Virus record (IMG/VR): IMGVR_UViG_3300028379_000400
Coordinates: 64,001-112,428 of that record
Origin: a virus
Lineage: Duplodnaviria > Heunggongvirae > Uroviricota > Caudoviricetes
Length of the DNA stretch: 48,428 nucleotides
Strand: one strand, 5' to 3'
The notes under the pieces: model-generated
What the model was told of the DNA's origin: nothing
The model's database searches: none
Seen by the model: the letters and a program-made list of their open reading frames with translations, nothing else
Position numbers and translations under genes: made by a program
Shown: positions 35,750-43,525 of the stretch, piece after piece
Layout: every line of letters starts with the position of its first letter
How positions within the stretch are numbered: the stretch's first letter is position 1

Positions 35750-35964
35750 GAGCCCTTTTGGGCGACTTCTCTCTGCTTTGCTGCAGCCACGGCGTCGTCC
35801 AAAATCTTCAGATACCGCTCGAAGGCGACAAGTTCCTCGGGGCTCATTGGCTCGCCGGGTCGCCAGCTAAATGGGACCGTGTTCGCGAACGCAGTCTTCT
35901 CGTCGTACCCTTGCGACTCGGCGTCGTTCCGATCTGCCGCGCCGTCCTCGACGAGCTTATTCAT
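35746..35964 (-). CDS. Small hypothetical protein (moron-like, antisense)
   Basis: MNKLVEDGAADRNDAESQ...EELVAFERYLKILDDAVAA; fills the gap, stop overlaps the convergent gene's stop; start uncertain. Confidence 0.4.
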   Translation of the reverse strand: MNKLVEDGAADRNDAESQGYDEKTAFANTVPFSWRPGEPMSPEELVAFERYLKILDDAVAAAKQREVAQKGS

Positions 35965-36092
35965 TAGTTTGGTTCGCCCCGGGTTATGTCGTTTCGACGC
36001 GTATACCTTAGTATATTCCAGCATCAGGCAATAGGCCTCCCTTCCGAAACCTTGCAGTCGCAAGGCTTCCCGCGTTCTCCAGAGGAATCTGC

Positions 36093-37244
36093 ATGCGTTT
36101 TCACGTCGTAGCGTTGCCGCATACCCAAACCACATCGGCGTTCTCGGCCTGTGCCTACACCAACAAGGTAGTCGGCTTTTGCAAGATGATGATGGCGCGC
36201 GGTCACGAGGTCTTCCTCTACGCCGGCGAGCAGAACGACGCACCCTGCACCGAACTGATCACCTGCGTCAGCGAGACCAAGCGTGCCGAGATCGTCGGCG
36301 ACAAACCCTATGTCGAGGCCAGTTTCGACTACCTGCTGCCTCATTGGCAGACGTTCAACTACCGTGCGATCGCCGGGATCATCGAACGCCGTCAACCCCA
36401 CGACTTCCTGTGCCTGATCGGCGGCCTTGCTCAAAAGCAGGTGGCGGATGCACTGCCTGGCATGACGGCTGTCGAATGGGGCGTGGGCTACGGTGGCGTA
36501 TTCGCGCCATACCGCGTTTTCGAGAGCTACGCCTGGATGCATACCCACTACGGCGCCGCCGCGAGAAGTCCGACCGACGGTGACGGCAAATGGTACGATG
36601 CCGTGATCCCGGGCTACCTCGACCCTGCCGATTTCCCATTCAAGGGTGATCAGCCGGCACAAGCCAAACCCTATTACCTTTTCATAGGGCGCCTCGTCGA
36701 GCGCAAGGGTTTCCAGATCGCGATCGATGCCTGCAACGCGTTGGGTGCCCATCTTGTGCTTGCCGGTCCAGGCGCGCCTCCGGCTGGCGCCGACTATCGG
36801 GGAGTCGTCGGGCCGGTTGAGCGAGGTCGACTGATGGCCGGCGCGACTGCAGTGTTCGTGCCCACGCGCTATATCGAGCCGTTCGGCAACGTCGCGATCG
36901 AGGCCATGGCCTGCGGCACGCCGGTCATCACCACGGACTGGGGAGCCTTTACCGAAACGGTCGTCGACGGAGTCACAGGCTTCCGGTGTCACACGCTTAG
37001 AGAGTTCGTCGACGCCGCAAAGCGCGCGCCAGAACTCGATTCTTCGGTTATCCGGAAGCATGTCGTCGAGCGTTACTCACTTGAAGTCGTTGGCGCCAAA
37101 TACGAACGCTATTTCAAAAGGCTCGATGGCCTCTGGGGCATCGGGTGGCACGACCTGTCGGGCGTCGAAGCCGAACCGGCGCACCTTGGCGCGCCGGTTA
37201 AATCGCGGCGACGGGCTAAAACTTCCAGTTCAAGCCGACCTTGA
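36093..37244 (+). CDS. Glycosyltransferase, GT-B fold, family 4-like
   Basis: RGHEVFLYAGE, LFIGRLVERKG, EPFGNVAIEAMACGTPVITTDWGAFTETV (EX7E motif). Confidence 0.93.
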   Translation: MRFHVVALPHTQTTSAFSACAYTNKVVGFCKMMMARGHEVFLYAGEQNDAPCTELITCVSETKRAEIVGDKPYVEASFDYLLPHWQTFNYRAIAGIIERRQPHDFLCLIGGLAQKQVADALPGMTAVEWGVGYGGVFAPYRVFESYAWMHTHYGAAARSPTDGDGKWYDAVIPGYLDPADFPFKGDQPAQAKPYYLFIGRLVERKGFQIAIDACNALGAHLVLAGPGAPPAGADYRGVVGPVERGRLMAGATAVFVPTRYIEPFGNVAIEAMACGTPVITTDWGAFTETVVDGVTGFRCHTLREFVDAAKRAPELDSSVIRKHVVERYSLEVVGAKYERYFKRLDGLWGIGWHDLSGVEAEPAHLGAPVKSRRRAKTSSSSRP

Positions 37245-37908
37245 CGGTGTCGAACCCGAGGTTCGTCCAGTTGTCGAACTTGTATCCTGCCGGCGTCGGC
37301 GGGTCGGCCGCGATTGCGGTCTGGTATCCATGCCCGGTTCCGAAGCCGTAGTGGTCGTATTCGACCTTGACGCTAACATTTTCGGTCAACGCTTGCTCGA
37401 GCCCGACTCCGGCAACCCAACCGAGGAAGCCATCGGCCGGCGTTCCGACGTAGTTGGGGTTCGTGGTCTGCTGAAGAGCGCGGCCGCCATATAAAGCTGC
37501 ACCGCCCTTGGCATAGAGCAGAGTATTGCCGAAACCGACGCCGAGGCGCCCCGTGAGATCTGCATAGGCACCTCCGCTAAGCGTCAAGTCCTGATGCGAC
37601 GCGGCGTGAGACGAGCCGATAACGCCGGAGCCGGAGGCCGAGGCATAGCCGACGTCAACTTCGGGGCCGAAGACGATATTGCCAGTCTGGAAGTTGTACC
37701 CGGCCTGTACGCCACCAAGGGCTCCGGCGACCGGATAGTTGAACGGGCCCGGGACGACGCCCGGCGAGGTATCGCTTACCGATGCGCTGCCCCAAGCATA
37801 GCCGCCGTGGACGCCGATATAGCCGCCCGACCAGTCGTGAACGTCACCCGCAAGGGCGGGCCCCATCATCAGGGCAAACACAGTCATCAGGATTGAAATA
37901 AACTTCAT
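37216..37908 (-). CDS. Omp25/RopB-like outer-membrane beta-barrel protein with signal peptide
   Basis: GAAGGAGAG RBS; MKFISILMTVFALMMGPALA signal; DWSGGYIGVHGGY, GYNFQTGNIVFG, VKVEYDHY and terminal VKVGLNWKF. Confidence 0.92.
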   Translation of the reverse strand: MKFISILMTVFALMMGPALAGDVHDWSGGYIGVHGGYAWGSASVSDTSPGVVPGPFNYPVAGALGGVQAGYNFQTGNIVFGPEVDVGYASASGSGVIGSSHAASHQDLTLSGGAYADLTGRLGVGFGNTLLYAKGGAALYGGRALQQTTNPNYVGTPADGFLGWVAGVGLEQALTENVSVKVEYDHYGFGTGHGYQTAIAADPPTPAGYKFDNWTNLGFDTVKVGLNWKF

Positions 37909-38122
37909 GCGCTCTCCTTCTCGCTCGATCTGTCGGGGAGTTGGAAAGACCGCATCTGATGAGGTCCGCATTGACCTTGCAGAAAACGGCCGAGCACGAG
38001 GCGCGGCAGCCCTGTCAATATACGTCAATGCCTCCCCGACAGAGATCGAGGAGCGCGTAGTTCGGTCCTATTAGACCGTCAGATGCGGGGTTTCCACGCC
38101 CCAGAGCACCTGCAGGCGCTCC
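37909..38122 (-). ncRNA. Candidate structured 5' leader of the OMP gene with an RBS-sequestering helix
   Basis: Inverted repeats 37924-37940/38032-38050, 37909-37914/38051-38056, 37943-37966/38074-38095, 37968-37975/38024-38031, and hairpin 38103-38122. Confidence 0.6.
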
Positions 38123-38127
38123 AAGCC

Positions 38128-38159
38128 AATCCATATACGGATTAGCCCTGACGAATCAA
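38128..38159 (-). promoter_or_regulatory. Putative promoter for the OMP moron (TTGATT-N16-TATATG) with palindrome AATCC-N6-GGATT over the -10
   Basis: -35 at 38159-38154, -10 at 38137-38132; inverted repeat 38128-38132/38139-38143. Confidence 0.4.
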
Positions 38160-38201
38160 TCGGCCGACGCGACCTAAGAATACTTACACGGAGCGTCCCT
38201 C

Positions 38202-38504
38202 ATGAGACTCGCCGCCGACTGGCGCCGGGTGCTTCGGCACGCCTGGAGCATCCGTTTCATCATTATTGCCGGCCTGTTCAACGGCGCGTCCGCCGCGGTC
38301 GGCTTCCTCAAACCAGATTTGCTGCCACCGCGCTGGTGGTGGGTGCTGCCGGTCGCGGGCTTCGCGATCGACGCAGCCGCCTTCTGGTCCCGCATCCTCG
38401 CTCAAAAGGAATTGTCTGATGGCGATCAAGATCAAGGGTCGGCACATCGCCGCCCTCGGGGCTGGCGCGCTTGGGCTCGCCGGCTTCTTGATAACTGGCT
38501 TTGA
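38202..38504 (+). CDS. Holin
   Basis: MRLAADWRRVLRHAWSIRF... with 2 TM segments and ...SRILAQK; directly before the endolysin; GGAG RBS. Confidence 0.8.
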   Translation: MRLAADWRRVLRHAWSIRFIIIAGLFNGASAAVGFLKPDLLPPRWWWVLPVAGFAIDAAAFWSRILAQKELSDGDQDQGSAHRRPRGWRAWARRLLDNWL

Positions 38505-38952
38505 AAGCCCGAACGGCGAAGCAGTGCTGCAGGTCTACCCTGACCCTGTCAGCCATGGCGCGCCCTATACGTATTGCGACGGCCTGACGGCCCATCCGAA
38601 ATTCGGCCACCACTACACCAAGGCCGAATGCGACACTGAGACGGCTGCCGAGGTTCGCGCGACCAACTCCGCCGTCCTCGCTTGCACCCGGCCGGTACTC
38701 ACCATCCCCGTTCAAGCCAGCTTCGTGAGCCTGGCTTGGAATATCGGCGTGCCGACGTTCTGCAAGTCGTCGATCGCCTCGAATGCCAAGGCCGGCAATT
38801 TCCCGAAGGCTTGCGCAGCGATCTCCCTCTACGACAAGGCCGGCCCGCGAGGTCACGTCCGCGCGATTCCCGGGCTGACGTTCCGCCGAGGGCAGGAGCG
38901 CCAGGTCTGCGAAGGCCAGATCCCCACCAACTGGATCGTGGCGGTGAACTGA
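38419..38952 (+). CDS. SAR endolysin (GH24 lysozyme)
   Basis: Gly/Ala-rich N-terminal SAR helix, FE...YPDP...YTYCDGLT catalytic region, SLAWNIG, GLTFRRGQERQVC. Confidence 0.92.
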   Translation: MAIKIKGRHIAALGAGALGLAGFLITGFESPNGEAVLQVYPDPVSHGAPYTYCDGLTAHPKFGHHYTKAECDTETAAEVRATNSAVLACTRPVLTIPVQASFVSLAWNIGVPTFCKSSIASNAKAGNFPKACAAISLYDKAGPRGHVRAIPGLTFRRGQERQVCEGQIPTNWIVAVN

Positions 38953-39377
38953 TGCTGACCATCCTCAAAGCAATCCCCGCCGTCCTCGTTCTCGTCATCG
39001 GCCTCGCCGGTGGCGGAGTGCTGACCGGTGGCATTGGGTCGGCGTGGCTGACGTTTATCCACGATCCGGCCCTTAAGAGAGAGGCGACTGCGACCCTGAC
39101 CGTCGAGGTCCGGCGCGCTGCGGATGCTGCGCAGGCAGCGCAAGCATCGCTTCAGTCAACGGCGCTGGCCACGGCTCAGCGTCAATACCAGGAGCAAAAA
39201 GCCAAGGACGACGCCGCGAATGCCGACGCGCTCGAGGCGATGGACAAGGACATCAACCGCTATGAAGCTCAAAAGAAAGCCGACGATGCCGCTAATCCGG
39301 CCGGTCCGCAGCGCACTACTGTTTGCGGCCTCAATCAGTCTGATCTCGATTTCCTTGGTGGGGTGCAAGACCACTGA
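38952..39377 (+). CDS. i-spanin (Rz-like)
   Basis: N-terminal TM followed by a periplasmic coiled coil; TGATG overlap. Confidence 0.8.
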   Translation: MLTILKAIPAVLVLVIGLAGGGVLTGGIGSAWLTFIHDPALKREATATLTVEVRRAADAAQAAQASLQSTALATAQRQYQEQKAKDDAANADALEAMDKDINRYEAQKKADDAANPAGPQRTTVCGLNQSDLDFLGGVQDH

Positions 39378-39621
39378 CCCCTTGACGCAGGCGGCCGATG
39401 ATCTCGGCCGCGCCAATGCTGGTATCCATCTCGATCTTCAGCCGCCGACTTGCTGGAAAGACATTGAGAAGGCCAAGCGTAAGCTCGGCGACGATCCTGT
39501 CGTTATCCTGCATCTCGACGATCATCAGATCGACCTTGCCAACCAGCAGGGCAGGGGGTGCGCCGCCTTCAACGACAACCGTGCCACGCTGCTGGAGAAG
39601 ACCAATGCAGCATCCCGATAA
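39286..39621 (+). CDS. o-spanin (Rz1-like lipoprotein)
   Basis: Starts inside Rz in another frame; lipobox SLVG|C. Confidence 0.8.
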   Translation: MPLIRPVRSALLFAASISLISISLVGCKTTDPLTQAADDLGRANAGIHLDLQPPTCWKDIEKAKRKLGDDPVVILHLDDHQIDLANQQGRGCAAFNDNRATLLEKTNAASR

Positions 39622-40111
39622 GAACTTCGGCATTTACGCGCGCATCGTGCGGGGAGTCGTCCGCCACTTCCCGCTGCGTTACCTCGAATGGATCATGGGG
39701 GTTTGGGCGGTAGCGTGGGGCGCCAAGCTGATCCTCGATCCCGCCGACAATTTCTCCACTACCTCCGGCAGCTTCAACATCTTGGCCGCCATCTTCCATG
39801 CCGATTGGGTGTTCGGCGCCCTTATGGTGTTTTTTGGAGGATGGCGGCTCGTTGCTCTCACAGTCAACGGCACCTTCTCCAACACGATCTATGCCCAATA
39901 CTCGCCGGTCGTTCGAGGCGTCACATCGTTCCTTTGCGGGTTCGGGTGGTTCCTTGTCGCTTTGTCGGCGTTCCCCGCAGCGTCCCTAGCCGCCTTCACC
40001 TTTCCCTTCCCGTTCATAATCGAATTCTTCACGGCCTATTACGTCGTGGCGGAAAGCGGGGACACTTTGCGAGCGCATCGACATGGCAGAAGCAACGTCG
40101 GGGCTAGCTGA
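39605..40111 (+). CDS. 4-TM membrane protein of the lysis region
   Basis: RYLEW...GWRLVAL.VNG...SP.VR pattern; four hydrophobic segments. Confidence 0.7.
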   Translation: MQHPDKNFGIYARIVRGVVRHFPLRYLEWIMGVWAVAWGAKLILDPADNFSTTSGSFNILAAIFHADWVFGALMVFFGGWRLVALTVNGTFSNTIYAQYSPVVRGVTSFLCGFGWFLVALSAFPAASLAAFTFPFPFIIEFFTAYYVVAESGDTLRAHRHGRSNVGAS

Positions 40112-40559
40112 CATCTTCCAGAGCCTGCCGGCGGCCCTCCAGGTCGTTGTCACTTTCGGCGTTGGTATCGGCGGCTCAATCATCCTTTGGCAGCGCTTCG
40201 CTCGAAGCTTTCGAGGCGAGACACCTGACTCGAGAGAGATGTTCATCGGCGGTCCAACAACCTTCGCCGACCTGCAGCCAATCCGGGATCTGACCAAGAG
40301 CGTCGACGCACTCATCCAGCAGGAGATGAAGACCGAGGGCGCCATCCTGACGACGGCTGGTGCCCTCACCGCGATCGCTGCCCAACAGGCAGAGTTCCTG
40401 AAGCTCCTGATCGAGGACCGCGAGAAGCGCGAGCGCGCGGACGAAATCCAAGAGTCGCTTCAGCGAATGCGCATCAAGGAGCTCGAGGAGGAGGCCCTCA
40501 AGCGCCGCCGGCGGCGAGTGAGCAGCGCCCGCACCAGAGCGGCGAAGACAACCACCTAA
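40083..40559 (+). CDS. Membrane-anchored coiled-coil protein
   Basis: One N-terminal TM, then a charged helical C-terminus with a basic tail. Confidence 0.65.
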   Translation: MAEATSGLADIFQSLPAALQVVVTFGVGIGGSIILWQRFARSFRGETPDSREMFIGGPTTFADLQPIRDLTKSVDALIQQEMKTEGAILTTAGALTAIAAQQAEFLKLLIEDREKRERADEIQESLQRMRIKELEEEALKRRRRRVSSARTRAAKTTT

Positions 40560-40608
40560 GCGGGCGCCACCGGCGCTCGCCCCCTTCTTCTGTCCATTGT
40601 GAGGACTC

Positions 40609-41865
40609 ATGCCAACTCTAGGCAAACACCTTTCGCCGAAAGAGCGAGAGGCGATCAAGGCTGCGCTGAAAACAGCGCCTTCGTCAGTATCAGTCGCCAC
40701 TTCTCTAGGCGTCACGGCGGGAACAGTGCAGCGTATCGCTCGTGAAATGCGGGAGCGCGGCGAGCTGCCGCCGGTAGGCCGGGGCATCAACCTCGATGGG
40801 AAGACGGCGGAAGCGCCATCGCCCATTGAGATTCGTGACGCAGCATTCTGGCGGCGCAAGGCGGCGACGCTCGAGAAGCAGGCCGCGGACTCGGATCATA
40901 TCCTCCGGGAAATGTCGGGCATGTTCGCTCGGCCGTTGAATATTCCCGACTGGGCGCTTCCGGTGCCCGGGCGCACGCGGCGCGCGGTGGGGTTGCTTCA
41001 CCTCTCCGACCTTCACGTCGGCGAGGTTGTGCGCGCTGAGGAGACTGGCGGGATCAACGCCTACTCGCCGGAGATCTTCCAGCGTCGGTTCCGCCGCATG
41101 ATCGCGGCCTCGATCAACATCCTGCCGCGCTGGTCGGCGGACTGCGACCTGCAGGGCGTTGTCGTTGCACTCAACGGCGACCTGATCAGCGGCGATATCC
41201 ATGACGAACTGCGCCGCACGAATGCCCTGACCGCGCACGAGCAGGTGGCGCTGGCCACGGATGAGATTGCAGCCGGCATCCTGCAGATCGCCGACCGCTT
41301 CGGGCAGGTACTGGTGACAGTTACGCCGGGCAACCACGGGCGATCGACTGAGAAGACGCATGCCAAGCGCATGGCAGCCCTCTCCTACGACACGATGGTC
41401 GGCAACATCCTGACCCGGCAGTTCGCCAACGATAGCCGGATCACCATCAATCTCTCGTCCGGCCCCGATATCTTGTTCTCGATCTTCGGCTGGTCGATCC
41501 TGCAGACCCACGGCGACAGCATGGGCACCGGCGGCGGGCAGGGCTTCGCTGGCCCTGAGCTGCCCATCGTCCGTGGCGGCAAGAAGGTGAAGCTGGCGGG
41601 CTTCGCGGCCGGCGAGCGCTACGACATCATTCTTACCGCCCACTACCACACGTCGAGCAACCCCGGGACGGTCCTCGCGAACGGCTCCATGGTTGGCTAC
41701 TCGGAATACGCCGTCCGCATCCGCGGCGTGCCTGAGCCGCCCATGCAGTGGCTGGCGCTGATCCACGAGAAGTGGGGCCTTCGGGAGCGCGTCCCGGTTG
41801 TCCTCGAGGATCCGCACCAGCCGGAACGTCCCCGTGTCCGCGTGCCTGCCGGAATGTCCACCTGA
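40609..41865 (+). CDS. HTH-fused calcineurin-like metallophosphoesterase
   Basis: N-terminal HTH (SVATSLGVTAGTVQRI); LSDLHVGE, LNGDLISG, PGNHGR, THGD and TAHYH metal-binding motifs. Confidence 0.88.
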   Translation: MPTLGKHLSPKEREAIKAALKTAPSSVSVATSLGVTAGTVQRIAREMRERGELPPVGRGINLDGKTAEAPSPIEIRDAAFWRRKAATLEKQAADSDHILREMSGMFARPLNIPDWALPVPGRTRRAVGLLHLSDLHVGEVVRAEETGGINAYSPEIFQRRFRRMIAASINILPRWSADCDLQGVVVALNGDLISGDIHDELRRTNALTAHEQVALATDEIAAGILQIADRFGQVLVTVTPGNHGRSTEKTHAKRMAALSYDTMVGNILTRQFANDSRITINLSSGPDILFSIFGWSILQTHGDSMGTGGGQGFAGPELPIVRGGKKVKLAGFAAGERYDIILTAHYHTSSNPGTVLANGSMVGYSEYAVRIRGVPEPPMQWLALIHEKWGLRERVPVVLEDPHQPERPRVRVPAGMST

Positions 41866-42293
41866 TGGACAGGGAAGCAGGCGATATCTCAATGACGCGC
41901 CCGATGCGCTGCGGCCGCGAGCCGACGCTCGAGTCGATCACCGAACTGCCCGGGTACGTCTATCTGGGCAGCCCCTATTCCAAGTTCCCGGCCGGCCTCG
42001 ACGAGGCCTGTCGCCAAGTGCAACTCGCCGCCGCCAACCTGATGCTGGCCGGCGTCCGCATCTTCTGCCCGATCGCCCATAGCCACGGCATCGGCAAGGT
42101 CGGCCACCTCGACAACAAGGATTGGACGTTCTGGCGCGCTCAGGACCATCCGCTGATGGTCGGCGCCTCGGCGATGATCGTTCTCAAGATGGAGGGCTGG
42201 CGTGAATCCGTCGGCCTCAACGACGAGATCGACACCTTTACGCTGGCGGGCAAGCCCATCCTCTACCTCGATCCCAAGGAGGTTGGGCTTTGA
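41865..42293 (+). CDS. DUF1937-like protein (nucleoside 2'-deoxyribosyltransferase/N-glycosidase-like fold)
   Basis: YLGSPYS...FCPIAHSH...W...D..L......VLKMEGWRESVGLNDEI. Confidence 0.8.
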   Translation: MDREAGDISMTRPMRCGREPTLESITELPGYVYLGSPYSKFPAGLDEACRQVQLAAANLMLAGVRIFCPIAHSHGIGKVGHLDNKDWTFWRAQDHPLMVGASAMIVLKMEGWRESVGLNDEIDTFTLAGKPILYLDPKEVGL

Positions 42294-42829
42294 GCCAGAT
42301 CATCGGCCTCACCGGCCGCCGCCACGTCGGTAAATCCGAGAGCGCCATCTGGCTGCAGGAGCTCGGGTTCATCAAATGCCATGCGTTCGAGGGCGGTAAG
42401 GCGGCCGCAGTTGGCTACTTCCGCCACCTCGGCGCCAGCGAGGATGTCGCCCACCGCATGGTGCACGGCGATCTTCGCGATGTCCCATCGCCATTGCTGC
42501 CGGACAACCAGACGCCACGTTATTTCCTCGAGATCTTCGGCAAGTTCATGGGCACGACACTCGGCCCGGAGTGGACCTTGGGCTTGGAGCTGCGCCGCGT
42601 GCGCGCCGCATGCCCGGGCAAGTCGATCATCGTCGAGTCCGTCGTCTACGAGGCCGACTGCTTCCGAGCCGCTGGCGGGACGATCGTGCGGATTATCCGA
42701 CCGGGCCATCAAGGCCCGACCGGGATGATGACCGACGCGGCAGAGGCTGAAATCGCCGCCGATGTCGAGATCATCAACGACGGCAGCCTTGCCGATCTCA
42801 AGGCGAAAGTTTTGGCGCTCGTCGCCTGA
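42290..42829 (+). CDS. Deoxynucleoside monophosphate (dNMP) kinase
   Basis: IIGLTGRRHVGKS Walker A; RYFLEIFG..G; IVRIIRPG...ADVEIINDGSLADLKAKV. Confidence 0.85.
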   Translation: MSQIIGLTGRRHVGKSESAIWLQELGFIKCHAFEGGKAAAVGYFRHLGASEDVAHRMVHGDLRDVPSPLLPDNQTPRYFLEIFGKFMGTTLGPEWTLGLELRRVRAACPGKSIIVESVVYEADCFRAAGGTIVRIIRPGHQGPTGMMTDAAEAEIAADVEIINDGSLADLKAKVLALVA

Positions 42830-42870
42830 CCGAACACCCGGCGGTTCCGGGAAATCAAGAAGAGAGAGTC

Positions 42871-43167
42871 ATGACGCAGATTGCCGAGCCGGCGAAAATG
42901 CGCGCGAAGATGCGCGTTGCCGACATCAATACCTATCCCCGCGGCGAAGGTCCGATCACGCAGCAGACGCTGGTCATGTATGCGGTGGCCCGCAGCGACA
43001 GCTACCCCGCCGATGGCAGCGACGAAAACAACAGCTACGCCCGCTGGTCGCCGAGCGGCCGCCTCGAGCTGACAATCGCCAACCCGGCGTTGTTCGACGC
43101 GTTCGAAGTCGGCGAGGAATATTACCTCAACTTCATCAAGGCGGAGAAGCCGGCACCGACGGCGTAA
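42871..43167 (+). CDS. Conserved phage hypothetical protein (RAKM...ENNSYARWSPSG.LELTIANP...EYYLNF)
   Basis: Recognisable widespread phage small-protein pattern; purine-rich RBS. Confidence 0.75.
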   Translation: MTQIAEPAKMRAKMRVADINTYPRGEGPITQQTLVMYAVARSDSYPADGSDENNSYARWSPSGRLELTIANPALFDAFEVGEEYYLNFIKAEKPAPTA

Positions 43168-43258
43168 CGGCCGAGCATACCAGCGGCTCAAAAATGAGCC
43201 AGTGGCCGCCTGGGCACGTCCCGGCGGCCGCTTCCATCCATCGACATCGGAGATCACG

Positions 43259-43525
43259 ATGACCGACCCCTTTGCAGGGTATGCGGGCAGCCTCGTTTCG
43301 CCTCCCGCCAATGCTTTTGACGTGACGCCCAGCGACACTCAGGACCTCCCGAACTCCGTCCGCGCCATTTACCTCGCCGTTTCGGGCGACGTGAAAGTCG
43401 ACATGGTCGGCGTCGGCACTGGCCTCGTCTACCCGGCCGTGCCGGCCAACCAGTGGTTCGCGCTCCGCGCCAAGCGAATCTACGCCACCGGCACGACGGC
43501 AACCGGCATCAAGGGCGGCTACTGA
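43259..43525 (+). CDS. Head spike base protein (RcGTA Rcc01079/GhsA-like)
   Basis: MTDPF...SPPANAFDVTPSDTQDL...RAIYL...G.V.V...RAKRIYATGTTATGI; GGAG RBS. Confidence 0.85.
   Translation: MTDPFAGYAGSLVSPPANAFDVTPSDTQDLPNSVRAIYLAVSGDVKVDMVGVGTGLVYPAVPANQWFALRAKRIYATGTTATGIKGGY

Noticed and set aside
37956-37963. CTGATGAG resembling the hammerhead ribozyme core (also at 7241-7248; TGATGAG at 9211)
   Set aside because: No correctly placed stem II-GAAA-stem III-NUH arrangement. At 37956 the motif is itself paired in helix A; at 7241 it is an ORF start.
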